This document shows positions 47,787 to 57,197 of a stretch of DNA of 64,000 nucleotides, one piece after another. Numbering within the stretch: the stretch's first letter is position 1; each line of letters opens with the position of its first letter. The position numbers and the translations under genes were made by a program. The notes beneath the pieces are model-generated. The model had not been told where the DNA came from. It saw only the letters and a list, made by a program, of their open reading frames with translations, and searched no databases. The stretch comes from an uncultured virus (IMG/VR IMGVR_UViG_3300004151_000009) (lineage: Duplodnaviria > Heunggongvirae > Uroviricota > Caudoviricetes). The stretch lies in IMG/VR virus record IMGVR_UViG_3300004151_000009; one strand, given 5' to 3'.

Positions 47787-48716
47787 TTACGCGGGGGAAG
47801 CGATGTCGGTGATGACCACCATACCAGCCTCGTCCTCAACAGCGAAGTCCGAACGCAGGGTCAGGACCACGATGAAGACGCGGCTACGGATGTCACGGTC
47901 AGTCTCCACCATGATGTCGCGCTGAATACCCCAGATCATGTTCTTCGGCTCAACGAACAGCATCTTGGTGTCGGGGATGAGGGCAGCGGACTCGACGGGG
48001 ACGCCAAACGCCTGGATAGCGCGGTTGGTTTCCAGCAGGGAGTCACCAGTGGCGGTCTGACGATCAGCCAGCACATCACGGTACATCACTTCCTGGTTGG
48101 GCGAGATGAAGAAGCGCATGGCCTGCTTGTTCCGCTGGTACTTCGCGGGCATCTCAAGCTGAGCCTTCTTGAACAGGGCCTTGCCCATAGCACCGCTGGA
48201 AAAGGACACGGTGTGGGAGGTGGCACGCTTGATGATACCGTCCTGAAGGGCCAGATCAGCATCGGTGGACGTGGTGTCACCAAGCAGGAAAGCCTCTTCC
48301 AGGTCAAGGGCAACCTGAGTAGCCATGTGGCCCATGATGGTGTTTTCCAGCCCACCCTTTTCAATGTTGTCTTCCAGCACATCGTAGGGGATGTGAATCT
48401 CCGCGATGCGCTCCTTGGTCACGAGTTCCAGCTTGCTGGTGGTCGGCGCACCGCGCTTGCTGGCATCCAGAGTCACACCAGAAGAGGGGGCGGCATGGAG
48501 AATACGACTACCGAAGCCGATCTTCTCAATGTAGCGGGTGGGGGCACCCATCTTCACCAAACGAGCCTGCTTCAGCAAGGTCGGCTCATTGTAGACCAGA
48601 CCGATGAACTTGTTGGCCTGCTCATGTTCCAGATAGCCGCCGTTGGAAACGAGGCTGGAAACCGCCAGATCGGCCTTGTCTGCCGTCACTAAATCCCGAT
48701 TTGAAATCTTCGACAT
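47787..48716 (-). CDS. Major capsid protein (HK97 fold)
   Basis: GGYL..EQA..FI, LEDNIE, DLE...L.GD, DG.IK, MP.KY motifs; strong codon bias. Confidence 0.9.
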   Translation of the reverse strand: MSKISNRDLVTADKADLAVSSLVSNGGYLEHEQANKFIGLVYNEPTLLKQARLVKMGAPTRYIEKIGFGSRILHAAPSSGVTLDASKRGAPTTSKLELVTKERIAEIHIPYDVLEDNIEKGGLENTIMGHMATQVALDLEEAFLLGDTTSTDADLALQDGIIKRATSHTVSFSSGAMGKALFKKAQLEMPAKYQRNKQAMRFFISPNQEVMYRDVLADRQTATGDSLLETNRAIQAFGVPVESAALIPDTKMLFVEPKNMIWGIQRDIMVETDRDIRSRVFIVVLTLRSDFAVEDEAGMVVITDIASPA

Positions 48717-48739
48717 TGTGTCTTCTCCTGTATGTCCAA

Positions 48740-49699
48740 TTAGTAATTGGAGCATTTAAGTTCTTGATATGTACACCCAGGAATAGCGTGTGCTTGCCTG
48801 TGACATTGCTTACAGAGTGTTATGCAGTTGTCTACATCAGCAGATTCTATGGGGTTACTGACCACCGGGTCTACATGATGGCACTCCAGACTTTCTTCTA
48901 CGCCAACACCGCACTTCTGACAGGTGTAGTTATCTCTTGCCAGAACTAACATGCGGAGTTCGGGTTGCACTTCTCTATTACCAGAAAACTCTAATAAGCC
49001 TGGAGTTAATGTTTTCTTGTAATAGACAGGGCACACCTGTTTGCACCCTTCAGAGCAGTAGAGGCGCATCTCGGCACCGGCAGACATTTTACCGTCTATG
49101 GCCTCTAAGCGGTTCTTAACCTGTCCATTGGTGGGTAGGAACCACTGCCCACAATAATTGCATTTAACTTCAATATACCCGGAGCCTGTACGCCTAACCG
49201 TGTCGTACATACCTAAACGATCTCCGTATGTGTCAAATAAAGCCCAAGACTTTTTCCAGATTTTATTCAAGTCGCTGCTACGAACTACCCTGTCGGGGCT
49301 GGACGCTCTACGCTCTTTATTCTTAACTGAAATAACATCTTTATTAGCAGCATAATAAGTCGCGTGTTTTTCTTGCAACAACTCTTTTTTCTGATCTCTG
49401 TAGGATACCTGATAAGCACGGTTCTGCTCAAGAAGTTTTGCTTTGTTCGCTTCATGATAAGCACGGTTCTGCTCAAGAAGTTTTGCTTTGTTCGCTTCAT
49501 AATAGCGTTTCTTGGTAGCTAAACGCTTCTCACGGTTCTTGTCATAAGAGGCTTTATTAGTGGCAACAGCATCTTTCCTAGTACAAGAAATGCACCGGCT
49601 ACACGGCTTTCCGGCCTCTTTCCCGGTCTTGTGGAAGTAGAACTCCGTAAGGGGCAGTTCTACTCCACACCCGTTGCATTTTTTGTGGCTGCTATCCAT
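48740..49699 (-). CDS. Free-standing HNH homing endonuclease
   Basis: N-terminal CxxC zinc finger; RDNYTCQKCG...HH...N..TLC..CH...H; more AT-rich than its neighbours. Confidence 0.85.
   Translation of the reverse strand: MDSSHKKCNGCGVELPLTEFYFHKTGKEAGKPCSRCISCTRKDAVATNKASYDKNREKRLATKKRYYEANKAKLLEQNRAYHEANKAKLLEQNRAYQVSYRDQKKELLQEKHATYYAANKDVISVKNKERRASSPDRVVRSSDLNKIWKKSWALFDTYGDRLGMYDTVRRTGSGYIEVKCNYCGQWFLPTNGQVKNRLEAIDGKMSAGAEMRLYCSEGCKQVCPVYYKKTLTPGLLEFSGNREVQPELRMLVLARDNYTCQKCGVGVEESLECHHVDPVVSNPIESADVDNCITLCKQCHRQAHAIPGCTYQELKCSNY
49411..49500. repeat. Perfect 45-bp tandem duplication inside the HNH gene
   Basis: GATAAGCACGGTTCTGCTCAAGAAGTTTTGCTTTGTTCGCTTCAT x2, encoding EANKAKLLEQNRAY twice. 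Confidence 0.95.
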
Positions 49700-49721
49700 A
49701 TAAGTGCCTGGTTTTTAACGC

Positions 49722-50666
49722 TTAACTCGCGGTGCGGGTAATTTTGAGGTTCGTCTGCTCTGTGGGGTCCAGGAGACTTTGAAAAGGCATCGACAGAGTG
49801 ATGGGGCCTTCACCCGAAACCGCAGTATCAGAACCAGAGTACACCAAGCGGGGAATCAGAATGGTGTAGGACTTGGTGGTGCCGTTCCCAAGCACGATCT
49901 CGACACTGGAAACAGTCTCGTTCACGAACTTGTTGAACATGGTAGTGTCCTGAAAGAACGCAGACAGCGTACCAGTGAGGTTGGACCGGCCCGCCGTAAT
50001 ACCAGCGGCGTTGCGGTTGCCCAGAACAAACAAGGCTTCCAGGCCGTTCTGCAACTGGATATCCAGCCCGGTCACAAGACCAATGGTGGTGCCACCTTCC
50101 TTAATGGTCCCGCTAAAGCCGTCGAACGGCAGTTCAGCCTGCGAAGCAGTGGGGGACGCATCGAGGGGGGTTCCGGTCATGGCTTCAACGGTCTTGGCAA
50201 GCATGTTGAAGGAACCAGTGACCATCGCGTTGGGCTTGATGGACAGAGAGAACGTGTTCACCATACAGCCCTTGTAGACCTGATACTGTCCGATATCAGA
50301 GAACGAGCGTTCGATGGAGAACGAGGAGACGGGGTTGGTCTTGGCGGGGGTGGACTCAGCATCCCAAGAAGCCTTGAGGACGTTGGAGTTCCACTTTCCG
50401 AAGCAAGCAGCTTCGAGGAAGGGATCAAACTCCTTCCAAGAGAACTCGAAGGCCACATCACCACCACCGCGCTGGTTGCCCTGCTTGAAGCCGTAAATCT
50501 GGCGGTCAGAACGAAGCTCGGCGGACTGAAAGGCGTCCTTCGTCAACTGCATGGAACAACTGGTGTAACGGAGGTCCACCATGCTAGGGGTTGTGGGGGT
50601 GGTCCCGTAAGTCACCTCGGGCACGTAGCGGAATCCCGCAGAACTTCCGGCAGCGTAAGCGCACAT
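49722..50666 (-). CDS. Major tail tube protein
   Basis: EVTYGTTP, S.ELRSDRQ, SFSIE..F.DI, G..V..SL, F...N, L.F...D pattern of siphophage tail tubes. Confidence 0.82.
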   Translation of the reverse strand: MCAYAAGSSAGFRYVPEVTYGTTPTTPSMVDLRYTSCSMQLTKDAFQSAELRSDRQIYGFKQGNQRGGGDVAFEFSWKEFDPFLEAACFGKWNSNVLKASWDAESTPAKTNPVSSFSIERSFSDIGQYQVYKGCMVNTFSLSIKPNAMVTGSFNMLAKTVEAMTGTPLDASPTASQAELPFDGFSGTIKEGGTTIGLVTGLDIQLQNGLEALFVLGNRNAAGITAGRSNLTGTLSAFFQDTTMFNKFVNETVSSVEIVLGNGTTKSYTILIPRLVYSGSDTAVSGEGPITLSMPFQSLLDPTEQTNLKITRTAS

Positions 50667-50688
50667 AGCGTGTTACTCCTTATCCTTA

Positions 50689-51738
50689 TTAGCGGACGTT
50701 ACCAAAGAGGGCACCAGTGAAATCACCCTTCTCGGCAGCGGTCTTTTCTTTGGTAGCGACAGGAGCATCCTCAGTCTTGTCCACAACCACACCAGGAACA
50801 AGGCTCTGCATCTTGGTGACTTCCTTCCCCATATCTTCAAACTTGGAAGCAAGACCAAGAACCAGGGTCTTCAGTTCAGTGATGGTGGCCTCAAGGGCAG
50901 CCTTCCCGCCATCCTCGGCTTTGGCCTCTTCCACAACGGCCTCTGCGGGGGTGGTAGCCTCTTCCTTCTGCTCGACCTTGGGTTCAGTCGAAGCAACAAC
51001 GTCTTCGGTTTTCTCTTCCACAACAGTCTCCTTGACATCTTCGGTTTTAGGTTCTGCTTCGACTTCTCTCTTCGTCGGCAGGAACGCCTCTCCCTTCGTC
51101 ACGCTCAACACGTTATCGAGGAAAGACGTAAAGTTCTTCCAGATACCCTGGACGGCTTTCAACTTGGACTTGGCATCCCCTTCAGTCTGGTTCAAGATAC
51201 CGGAGATAGCAGCCCACAGGGCGTCCATCTCATCCCAAGTCTCCCAAGACATCATCTTGGTGACAGTTTCGGCGGGGATGGGGCCAACCTCATCATCAAG
51301 GACGATAACTTCAGACTTCTGCTTGAAGAGTTTGCCAAGCAGCCCGCTCTTCTCCTCGTCCTTGGGGATACCAACGATGGCTTTGATCTTGTGTTCAGCA
51401 TCGAGTTCCACAATCTCAAAAGAATCATCCTTGAAAGCCTCGCGGGCGTGCTGCACAAAGGACACACCAGAAGCAGACTCAAGAGAGGCATCAGACTTAA
51501 AGGTAGCCTGGATGTCCTCCCCCAAACACTGCTTGATGACCTCTACGTCAGTGCCCTTCGGGGCCAGAATCGAATGGATTACACGCATACCAACCTCGCT
51601 CTTATGGATTTTTTGACTCTTCACAACCTTGAATGGTATCTGATTAGCCGCGTACTGAACGGCACTGACGTAAATAGCCTCTGGGTTAACCATGAAGTTG
51701 ACTTCACGTTCGGCTGTATGTGTCTCTTGAATTGGCAT
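50689..51738 (-). CDS. Putative scaffold / prohead-associated protein
   Basis: VS.V...AN...F.VVKS N-terminus; E/K/A-rich low-complexity tail; lies between protease and capsid genes. Confidence 0.6.
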   Translation of the reverse strand: MPIQETHTAEREVNFMVNPEAIYVSAVQYAANQIPFKVVKSQKIHKSEVGMRVIHSILAPKGTDVEVIKQCLGEDIQATFKSDASLESASGVSFVQHAREAFKDDSFEIVELDAEHKIKAIVGIPKDEEKSGLLGKLFKQKSEVIVLDDEVGPIPAETVTKMMSWETWDEMDALWAAISGILNQTEGDAKSKLKAVQGIWKNFTSFLDNVLSVTKGEAFLPTKREVEAEPKTEDVKETVVEEKTEDVVASTEPKVEQKEEATTPAEAVVEEAKAEDGGKAALEATITELKTLVLGLASKFEDMGKEVTKMQSLVPGVVVDKTEDAPVATKEKTAAEKGDFTGALFGNVR

Positions 51739-51778
51739 GTGTGCTATCCTTCCCGCTTTTTGAAGTTAACTTCAGTGC

Positions 51779-52336
51779 TTACTCGACAAAAAAGCGGTGG
51801 GAGTGGGAAAGTTTGGTGGCTGTTGCGGTTGTGGTCAGAATGTCGTGCGTATGCTCGTAGGCTTTCTCACACACGGCCATCCCCACAGTACCGTCAGCAT
51901 TAAACTCCACATAGATGGAGTGCTTGTGGACCGGGACTTCATCAGCAGAAACACTATCCTCGGTGTCTCCAAAGAAAATCTTGGCAACTTCGGTGATGAC
52001 CTTCTTGGCGACTTTGTTGACACGCATCTGCACAGAGAAGCCGTTCAACTCACCTTTACTAATCATCTCCCAGGTGGGGTTCTCTTCGTCAACACGGACA
52101 CCAAGCACCCAAGCACCTTCGGGGTAGGTAGGATCATCTGATTTGGCAATGAACGATTCGACAACTTCACAACCGTTGATGATATTGTCGTGACCCGTGT
52201 CGATATTGAGAACTTTTCCAGAGGCAATGAAATCGTGAGCCATTTTCTTGATGTCAGCAGCCAGCATGGTTTCCCCATCCGTATCTAGGATGTTGGGGGC
52301 GTACACCACGCCTTCTACATAATGCTTCTGACCCAT
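51779..52336 (-). CDS. Prohead protease (XkdF-like)
   Basis: GVVYAP...D.DGE, AH.F, D..H, VVES, G.W, W..I..GELNGFS. Confidence 0.82.
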   Translation of the reverse strand: MGQKHYVEGVVYAPNILDTDGETMLAADIKKMAHDFIASGKVLNIDTGHDNIINGCEVVESFIAKSDDPTYPEGAWVLGVRVDEENPTWEMISKGELNGFSVQMRVNKVAKKVITEVAKIFFGDTEDSVSADEVPVHKHSIYVEFNADGTVGMAVCEKAYEHTHDILTTTATATKLSHSHRFFVE

Positions 52337-52509
52337 GATATGCCCTCATATTGACGATTTTTCGTCAAAATTTGAGGCTAATATAGCGATTTCTGGGAAT
52401 TGTCAAGCAGAGGTTCTAATTGGCAGGGATACTTGAATATTTTCAATGAGAACTGTTGTTATATTTGACGGTATAGCATTAAATTAACGATATATCATAA
52501 TTTAGGCAT

Positions 52510-52540
52510 AAAAAAAGACCCCCAATCTCTTGGGGGTCTT
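52510..52540 (-). terminator. Rho-independent terminator
   Basis: AAGACCCCCAA/TTGGGGGTCTT stem plus T-tract on the minus strand. Confidence 0.8.
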
Positions 52541-52564
52541 AGTATGTAGTTGTTGTGTCCGGTG

Positions 52565-52750
52565 TTACAGTGACAAGTGTTCTTTTAGCATCCTTCGAGT
52601 ACATTCGTCACATATATCGAGGATAATCACCCCGTTCACCCCCGAAATCTCCATAGTGCCCAGATACATGTGCTCAAACTTCTCCATGTCTTCTGATGTG
52701 GTGTACGCCTTCTGACAAGCATCACACTTCATGCTAAGAATCTTCATCAT
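52565..52750 (-). CDS. Small zinc-binding protein
   Basis: CDAC...DICDEC. Confidence 0.5.
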   Translation of the reverse strand: MMKILSMKCDACQKAYTTSEDMEKFEHMYLGTMEISGVNGVIILDICDECTRRMLKEHLSL

Positions 52751-52799
52751 CCCCGTCTCTTCCTGATTATACGTCAGCATGTACTTCCCCCCCCATTTG

Positions 52800-53294
52800 T
52801 TAAGATTTAGTCACTTCGGTCTTCAGAAGAGACACCACGACAGTACGCACCCCGAACTCTCTCATGTCTTTCTTGTTGGACACAAGTATATCAATAGTCT
52901 TCTTGTGTTTCTTGGGCATCAGGTCATTGATAACAAAAAGACCCACACCATGAACTTTGATGATCTTACCTTTAGACCATCCCGCTCTGTGCAGGTCTTG
53001 GGAGACGGCCACCCCACCAAGGAAGGGTTCCGTACCGAACGCAGTTTCGTTAGGGTTACTGTCGCAAGAGGCTTCTGTCGCCATATAGGCAGTAGCCTTG
53101 AGGGATATCGTCTCAATGTGGGAGGTGTTCTGAAACACCTTGGCTGGCTCTGGGTCTGGCATCTCAATACGGGGGGCCGGATCGTGAATGACGGGTCTTC
53201 CAGACGACAACTCTTTGGACAGAGTTCCCGCCAGAAGGACGATGGAGATAAACAGCAGAATGTACCAAATAACGCTTGCTTGCTCTTTCGACAT
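52800..53294 (-). CDS. 3D-domain (MltA/Sps-like) protein with N-terminal membrane anchor
   Basis: ATAY, TA.G, VAVSQD, IND, IDI motifs (three aspartates). Confidence 0.8.
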   Translation of the reverse strand: MSKEQASVIWYILLFISIVLLAGTLSKELSSGRPVIHDPAPRIEMPDPEPAKVFQNTSHIETISLKATAYMATEASCDSNPNETAFGTEPFLGGVAVSQDLHRAGWSKGKIIKVHGVGLFVINDLMPKKHKKTIDILVSNKKDMREFGVRTVVVSLLKTEVTKS

Positions 53295-53332
53295 ACTCTT
53301 CACATTTCTCTTTTTTGAAGTTAAGTTCAGTT

Positions 53333-53593
53333 TCAATCCACCCGTTTCCGAATCCATCTTAAATCTGTGTTAGCTGGTTTTTGTCGTGAGCGAATCCACA
53401 GCACATCGAAAATGCCAGGACTACCCACTACACAAAAACCAGTGGCTTCTGGATGCGTGTTTGCAGCAACAACTACAGGGCGTCCTAGAAATTTTACCAT
53501 CCCAAGTAGTATCGGGTACAACCCTCTATCTGGGAGGGCATCTAAGCCATCCAAAGACATAAGTGTGACTACATCCCCTTTCCTAAGTCTCAT
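53333..53593 (-). CDS. Small SH3-like protein with C-terminal tag
   Basis: LRKGDVVTL...M.KFLG..V.V...F...WI; ends NTDLRWIRKRVD. Confidence 0.65.
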   Translation of the reverse strand: MRLRKGDVVTLMSLDGLDALPDRGLYPILLGMVKFLGRPVVVAANTHPEATGFCVVGSPGIFDVLWIRSRQKPANTDLRWIRKRVD

Positions 53594-53897
53594 TACAGCC
53601 TCCCACCCGCTTCCGAATCAGTCTTATATCCTTGTGTTCTGCATCCCGCCTTACTATCTCCACACAGTTGGGGGGCAGAATCCTGACATCCCCCGTGTCC
53701 ATCTGTATGATGTAGCCATCTTGGAGTTGGGCCAGCCCAAGAATGTATCCAAACGTAGTCCCCTTCAGAAACGGCTTTATGGGGTCTTCCAGAACGTACT
53801 TCGGAAGGTCTTTTATGCACCTCAGTTCCTTCCGGCTCTTGATGCGGCACCTTCTGTGTACGTTTTTGGTCAGTTCTTCTGTCGAGTATGTAACCAT
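53583..53897 (-). CDS. Hypothetical protein with C-terminal tag
   Basis: Ends HKDIRLIRKRVGGCNET. Confidence 0.6.
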   Translation of the reverse strand: MVTYSTEELTKNVHRRCRIKSRKELRCIKDLPKYVLEDPIKPFLKGTTFGYILGLAQLQDGYIIQMDTGDVRILPPNCVEIVRRDAEHKDIRLIRKRVGGCNET

Positions 53898-53928
53898 GTG
53901 CGTACCCTACACAGTCTTCTCTCTTTTG

Positions 53929-54138
53929 TCAAGAGATATCTCGCATACCTCTCATACAACCGCACGCGATGACCGTCCCGCCCTTCAAGTTGTCCACTCT
54001 GATGGTTTTTAGGTTCCCGCAGTTGAGGCACTTGCATATCCACCAAGTCTTACCGGAGTTATCCTGCGGGGTGGCTCTGGCCTTCACCAACAACTCCCCA
54101 AACTGCTGACCTACGAGGTTTGAAGGTCTTCGTGGCAT
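53929..54138 (-). CDS. Stand-alone N-terminal domain of AP2/HNH-type homing endonucleases (possible remnant)
   Basis: L.GQ.FG.L.V...W.CKC..CGN...L..G...CGC with no nuclease domain. Confidence 0.55.
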   Translation of the reverse strand: MPRRPSNLVGQQFGELLVKARATPQDNSGKTWWICKCLNCGNLKTIRVDNLKGGTVIACGCMRGMRDIS

Positions 54139-54347
54139 GTAACTTCCTCCTGCTTCACGAACTTGGCACAGCCGTAGTTACCCACGTTATGGAACAGTTC
54201 TGAGATGTAGAGACTTGCACCTTCTGGGTGGTAATACTTCACAAGTGTTCCGTACAGCCCGCACTTCCCGTAGAAGATGCCCTGGACATGGCTCTCTACA
54301 AAAGGCTCCAGCCTGTTCGCACAACTAAAACAATTCTCCTTGTGCAT
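54111..54347 (-). CDS. Small Cys-containing hypothetical protein
   Basis: CFSC...C...GC.KF. Confidence 0.45.
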   Translation of the reverse strand: MHKENCFSCANRLEPFVESHVQGIFYGKCGLYGTLVKYYHPEGASLYISELFHNVGNYGCAKFVKQEEVTCHEDLQTS

Positions 54348-54363
54348 CCTACCCCCACTTTGG

Positions 54364-54909
54364 CTAGTATTTGTGCATGTCAACAACATCAGGCCCCAGG
54401 TAGGGGTCAAGCAGTTTCCGCCACAGTGTATATCCATTCTTGGTGAGATGCACCCCATCAACTGTGAAATTCTGACTCAATCTGTTGCTATTGTCAAGAA
54501 AAAACAGATGAAAATCCAGAAAAAGAACCTTCGGGTCCATCATGTGGTGGCAGAGAAGTCGCAACTCTGTGTTCACCCTATACACATGGGGATTCAATTC
54601 ATCTCGGCGGGTGGGCAGGACAGACTGCACATAAATCTGCGTCTCCGGGGAGCCAGCCCGAATTTTTTCAATCAGGGCTTGGTATTTTGCAGTCAACTTC
54701 AAATCTTGAATCTGATTGATACCCACCATGATGAAGATTTTCTTGGGCTTCTGTGTCAGCACCGTATCTACCATCTTGGACATATCAGCGATTGTGCCAG
54801 ACACCTTCCCGACGATCACGGAACCGTTAGGAAGCAGCGGGGAGGACTCCCACCCCTTGGTGATAGAGTCCCCCAGAAACACCAGCAGAAACAGATAGAC
54901 AGCACTCAT
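54364..54909 (-). CDS. SGNH/GDSL hydrolase
   Basis: FLGDSIT, G.N, QSVLP, DGVHL..GY..W. Confidence 0.88.
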   Translation of the reverse strand: MSAVYLFLLVFLGDSITKGWESSPLLPNGSVIVGKVSGTIADMSKMVDTVLTQKPKKIFIMVGINQIQDLKLTAKYQALIEKIRAGSPETQIYVQSVLPTRRDELNPHVYRVNTELRLLCHHMMDPKVLFLDFHLFFLDNSNRLSQNFTVDGVHLTKNGYTLWRKLLDPYLGPDVVDMHKY

Positions 54910-55166
54910 TAACCCTTCCCCTCGCACGTAAAAGTTATCTGGTCTGGACGCCACAGCCAGTCCGCAGGACGTTTAGACAGGTGGTCCAGCAGTTCCTTGT
55001 GGGAGTTCACCACGATACAGTTATCACAGGAACTCGCCCACGGAGCATTTCCATACCCACACACAGGACACTTCCATCCCACCGGGACGGGCTGCGGAGT
55101 CTCACAGGTGTGTCCAGAACTCTCCACGATCTTGCCACAATACTGACAGTAAGTCTTATGGAACAC
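54909..55166 (-). CDS. Small zinc-binding protein
   Basis: CQYC..H.C; GWKCPVCG..NAP...C..C. Confidence 0.5.
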   Translation of the reverse strand: MFHKTYCQYCGKIVESSGHTCETPQPVPVGWKCPVCGYGNAPWASSCDNCIVVNSHKELLDHLSKRPADWLWRPDQITFTCEGKG

Positions 55167-55169
55167 GGT

Positions 55170-56186
55170 CTAAACCTCCACGTAACAGGATAAGATGAAC
55201 TCATCTCCAACCCTTGGGTCATACAGGTTTTTCTCTGGCGGGTAGGCATCCTGCAATGCTTTGATTTCTTCCAGCCCATCAACCAGAATCTTCTCGCAGT
55301 CTGCCCAAGGAACCTTTCCTTGCTTCACTTCCAGCAACTTGTCGGCACACGGAAGCGGGAAGGAAACCCCCCAACCAGTAGTGAGAAGTTGGTGCATCTG
55401 ATAGAGACAGCGAAGGGCATGAGAGACTGCCTTCCAATCCACCCCCTCATTACTGGCTGCCTGAATAGCCCGCTGTCCGTAGCGTTCAAAATCGCCTGTA
55501 ACGCGGGTGGCAAACTCCTGCATGGTGATACCCCCCATGTGGACCTTCCCGCAAAGCACGAGGCTTCTGGAGCCATTCACAACCTTCTCAAAGCAGTACG
55601 AGGCATCCCCACATTCCGCAAGAATCTCCGTCATCCAGAAGTCCAACTTGAACTCAAGGATTTTGGGGTGGGCCTTCGTCAGCCAATCATAGACTTTCTT
55701 GATGGCGTTGAGCCTGGACCCCTTGATCGAATACTTCTTCGTCTGCTGCATGATGTAGCCCAGGTAGCCCTGAACCTTGGCCGGGTCATACAGATATCTG
55801 TGAATCTCTAGGAGGTCATTAACGAGTGACCAATCATCCTGCAAGAAACACTTGGGGTTGGTATGGGCATACAGCAGATCGAGGGCGTTGGTGTCCCCCA
55901 TCCCCAACAGTTTGAACCAATACTGCACAGACCACAGTTGAATGTCTACGTCGTCAGGGCTGTTCTTTCCGTCCCCCTCCTTCGACTTGAAGGACAGGTG
56001 CTTGCAAGTCTTCCCAAGGAACAAAGACCTTGTGCTTGGCAGAAAGATGCCTTTCACATCTGTGTCAGACGCTTCCGTGTTGGTGCCGTACAGACGGCTC
56101 CCGAAATGCGTGAGGTAGAGAAGTTCGTGTCCCTCCGTAGCACACATGCCCTCTGCCTTCTCTACCAATTGCTCATCAGTCCACAT
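55170..56186 (-). CDS. DNA polymerase beta-superfamily nucleotidyltransferase (RlaP/YcgL-like)
   Basis: FGSRLYGT...SDTDVKGIFLP; DWKAVSHA.R; L.VK.G. Confidence 0.82.
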   Translation of the reverse strand: MWTDEQLVEKAEGMCATEGHELLYLTHFGSRLYGTNTEASDTDVKGIFLPSTRSLFLGKTCKHLSFKSKEGDGKNSPDDVDIQLWSVQYWFKLLGMGDTNALDLLYAHTNPKCFLQDDWSLVNDLLEIHRYLYDPAKVQGYLGYIMQQTKKYSIKGSRLNAIKKVYDWLTKAHPKILEFKLDFWMTEILAECGDASYCFEKVVNGSRSLVLCGKVHMGGITMQEFATRVTGDFERYGQRAIQAASNEGVDWKAVSHALRCLYQMHQLLTTGWGVSFPLPCADKLLEVKQGKVPWADCEKILVDGLEEIKALQDAYPPEKNLYDPRVGDEFILSCYVEV

Positions 56187-56361
56187 ACTTCCTCACCCCC
56201 AATCCCTCTAAGATTTTTGCACGACGCTCAATCCCACCCCGAAGCATGTACAGATATTCGGGTAGGCCCTCCAGGTCATCAAAAGCATCCAAGAGATCGA
56301 GTTCCCATACAGTCTCTTCGATCAAATCTTGGAACAGTTCAACATGGCTTCTCTTTTCCAT
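56176..56361 (-). CDS. Hypothetical protein
   Basis: ATG after GGAGGG; overlapping operon. Confidence 0.45.
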   Translation of the reverse strand: MEKRSHVELFQDLIEETVWELDLLDAFDDLEGLPEYLYMLRGGIERRAKILEGLGVRKYVD

Positions 56362-56557
56362 GCACCCCTCCAAAAGTAGCAGTCCACTCCCCGTCCGTAA
56401 ACAGGTTCTCCCAATCCCGCTGAAGTTCCAGGTACTTGTCGTGGTGCTGATTAAGCATGAAGCGACAGGCATCTGGTACTTTCGTAGACACCGCGCCAAG
56501 ATACACACACTTGAACAGTAAGTCAAGTTTTTTGTTCAGTATGTCCATTTTTGTCAC
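56339..56557 (-). CDS. Hypothetical protein
   Basis: Overlapping operon. Confidence 0.4.
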   Translation of the reverse strand: MTKMDILNKKLDLLFKCVYLGAVSTKVPDACRFMLNQHHDKYLELQRDWENLFTDGEWTATFGGVHGKEKPC

Positions 56558-56760
56558 GAGTTAAAGTCCTCGTAAACGGTATTGATAACATAGTCCATGA
56601 GTGCCGGGGTTTTGGCAACTATAGCAAGCGCGGCTATCTTAGCCATGTGTTCGGGAACCAAGTCCTCGTCCTGCATGGTAGGAAGATACATACGCATAGA
56701 GCCATCCGGGGACATCACCAGAGCCGCCTCATCCTCCCCACACTTCAGATCAATCGTCAT
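56554..56760 (-). CDS. Hypothetical protein
   Basis: ATG 56760 after GAGGAG. Confidence 0.5.
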   Translation of the reverse strand: MTIDLKCGEDEAALVMSPDGSMRMYLPTMQDEDLVPEHMAKIAALAIVAKTPALMDYVINTVYEDFNS

Positions 56761-56977
56761 CTGTGTTCTCCTCGACGTAGTGAGAGGTTGTGTCCTGAAG
56801 ATACCACTCCTCCTTGGAGGGGATATCTTTTGGATGCCGGGTTTCCGAACACCGGATACATACAGGGACGCCCTCCCCATCGGGATCAGTCCAGTACGGG
56901 GTGGGTTTGAAGCAGAAAACGCAGTTCTCATAAGGCGTGCCAAGATTCTTGTCCTCTGGAAACACAACGATTGTCAC
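56750..56977 (-). CDS. Small zinc-binding protein
   Basis: CVFC..PT.YW...VC..C...P.K.EW; AGGAGG RBS. Confidence 0.55.
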   Translation of the reverse strand: MTIVVFPEDKNLGTPYENCVFCFKPTPYWTDPDGEGVPVCIRCSETRHPKDIPSKEEWYLQDTTSHYVEENTDDD

Positions 56978-57017
56978 ATGGACCTCCTAGTGGGTGTTTT
57001 CCCGTTCAACTTCACCT

Positions 57018-57126
57018 AATATACGGGTTTTTCGTCTAATGTCAAGCAGAAATCAAGATTTTTTTGAAGTCAACTGCAAAAAACTTGGAAGAAACCCCTT
57101 GACAAAACCCAGAAAAACTGTATATT
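57018..57126. promoter_or_regulatory. Divergent sigma70-like promoter pair with a central palindrome
   Basis: Minus TTGACA-16-TATATT (57045-57018); plus TTGACA-16-TATATT (57099-57126); palindrome at 57065-57078. Confidence 0.7.
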
Positions 57127-57197
57127 AGGAGATGAACAGCGGGTATGAAGCAGGTATTTCCTGAAATCAACTTCAAAAACAATCCTGACCAAAAAGG

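Noticed and set aside
48740..49699. Group I intron carrying the HNH gene
   Set aside because: Both flanking genes appear complete with their own RBS, start and stop, and only about 20 nt flank the HNH on each side.
36053..51616. Long plus-strand ORFs such as 36053-37102, 37454-38485, 47511-48692, 49779-50720 and 50717-51616
   Set aside because: They are antisense shadows of well-supported structural genes and show no recognisable motifs.
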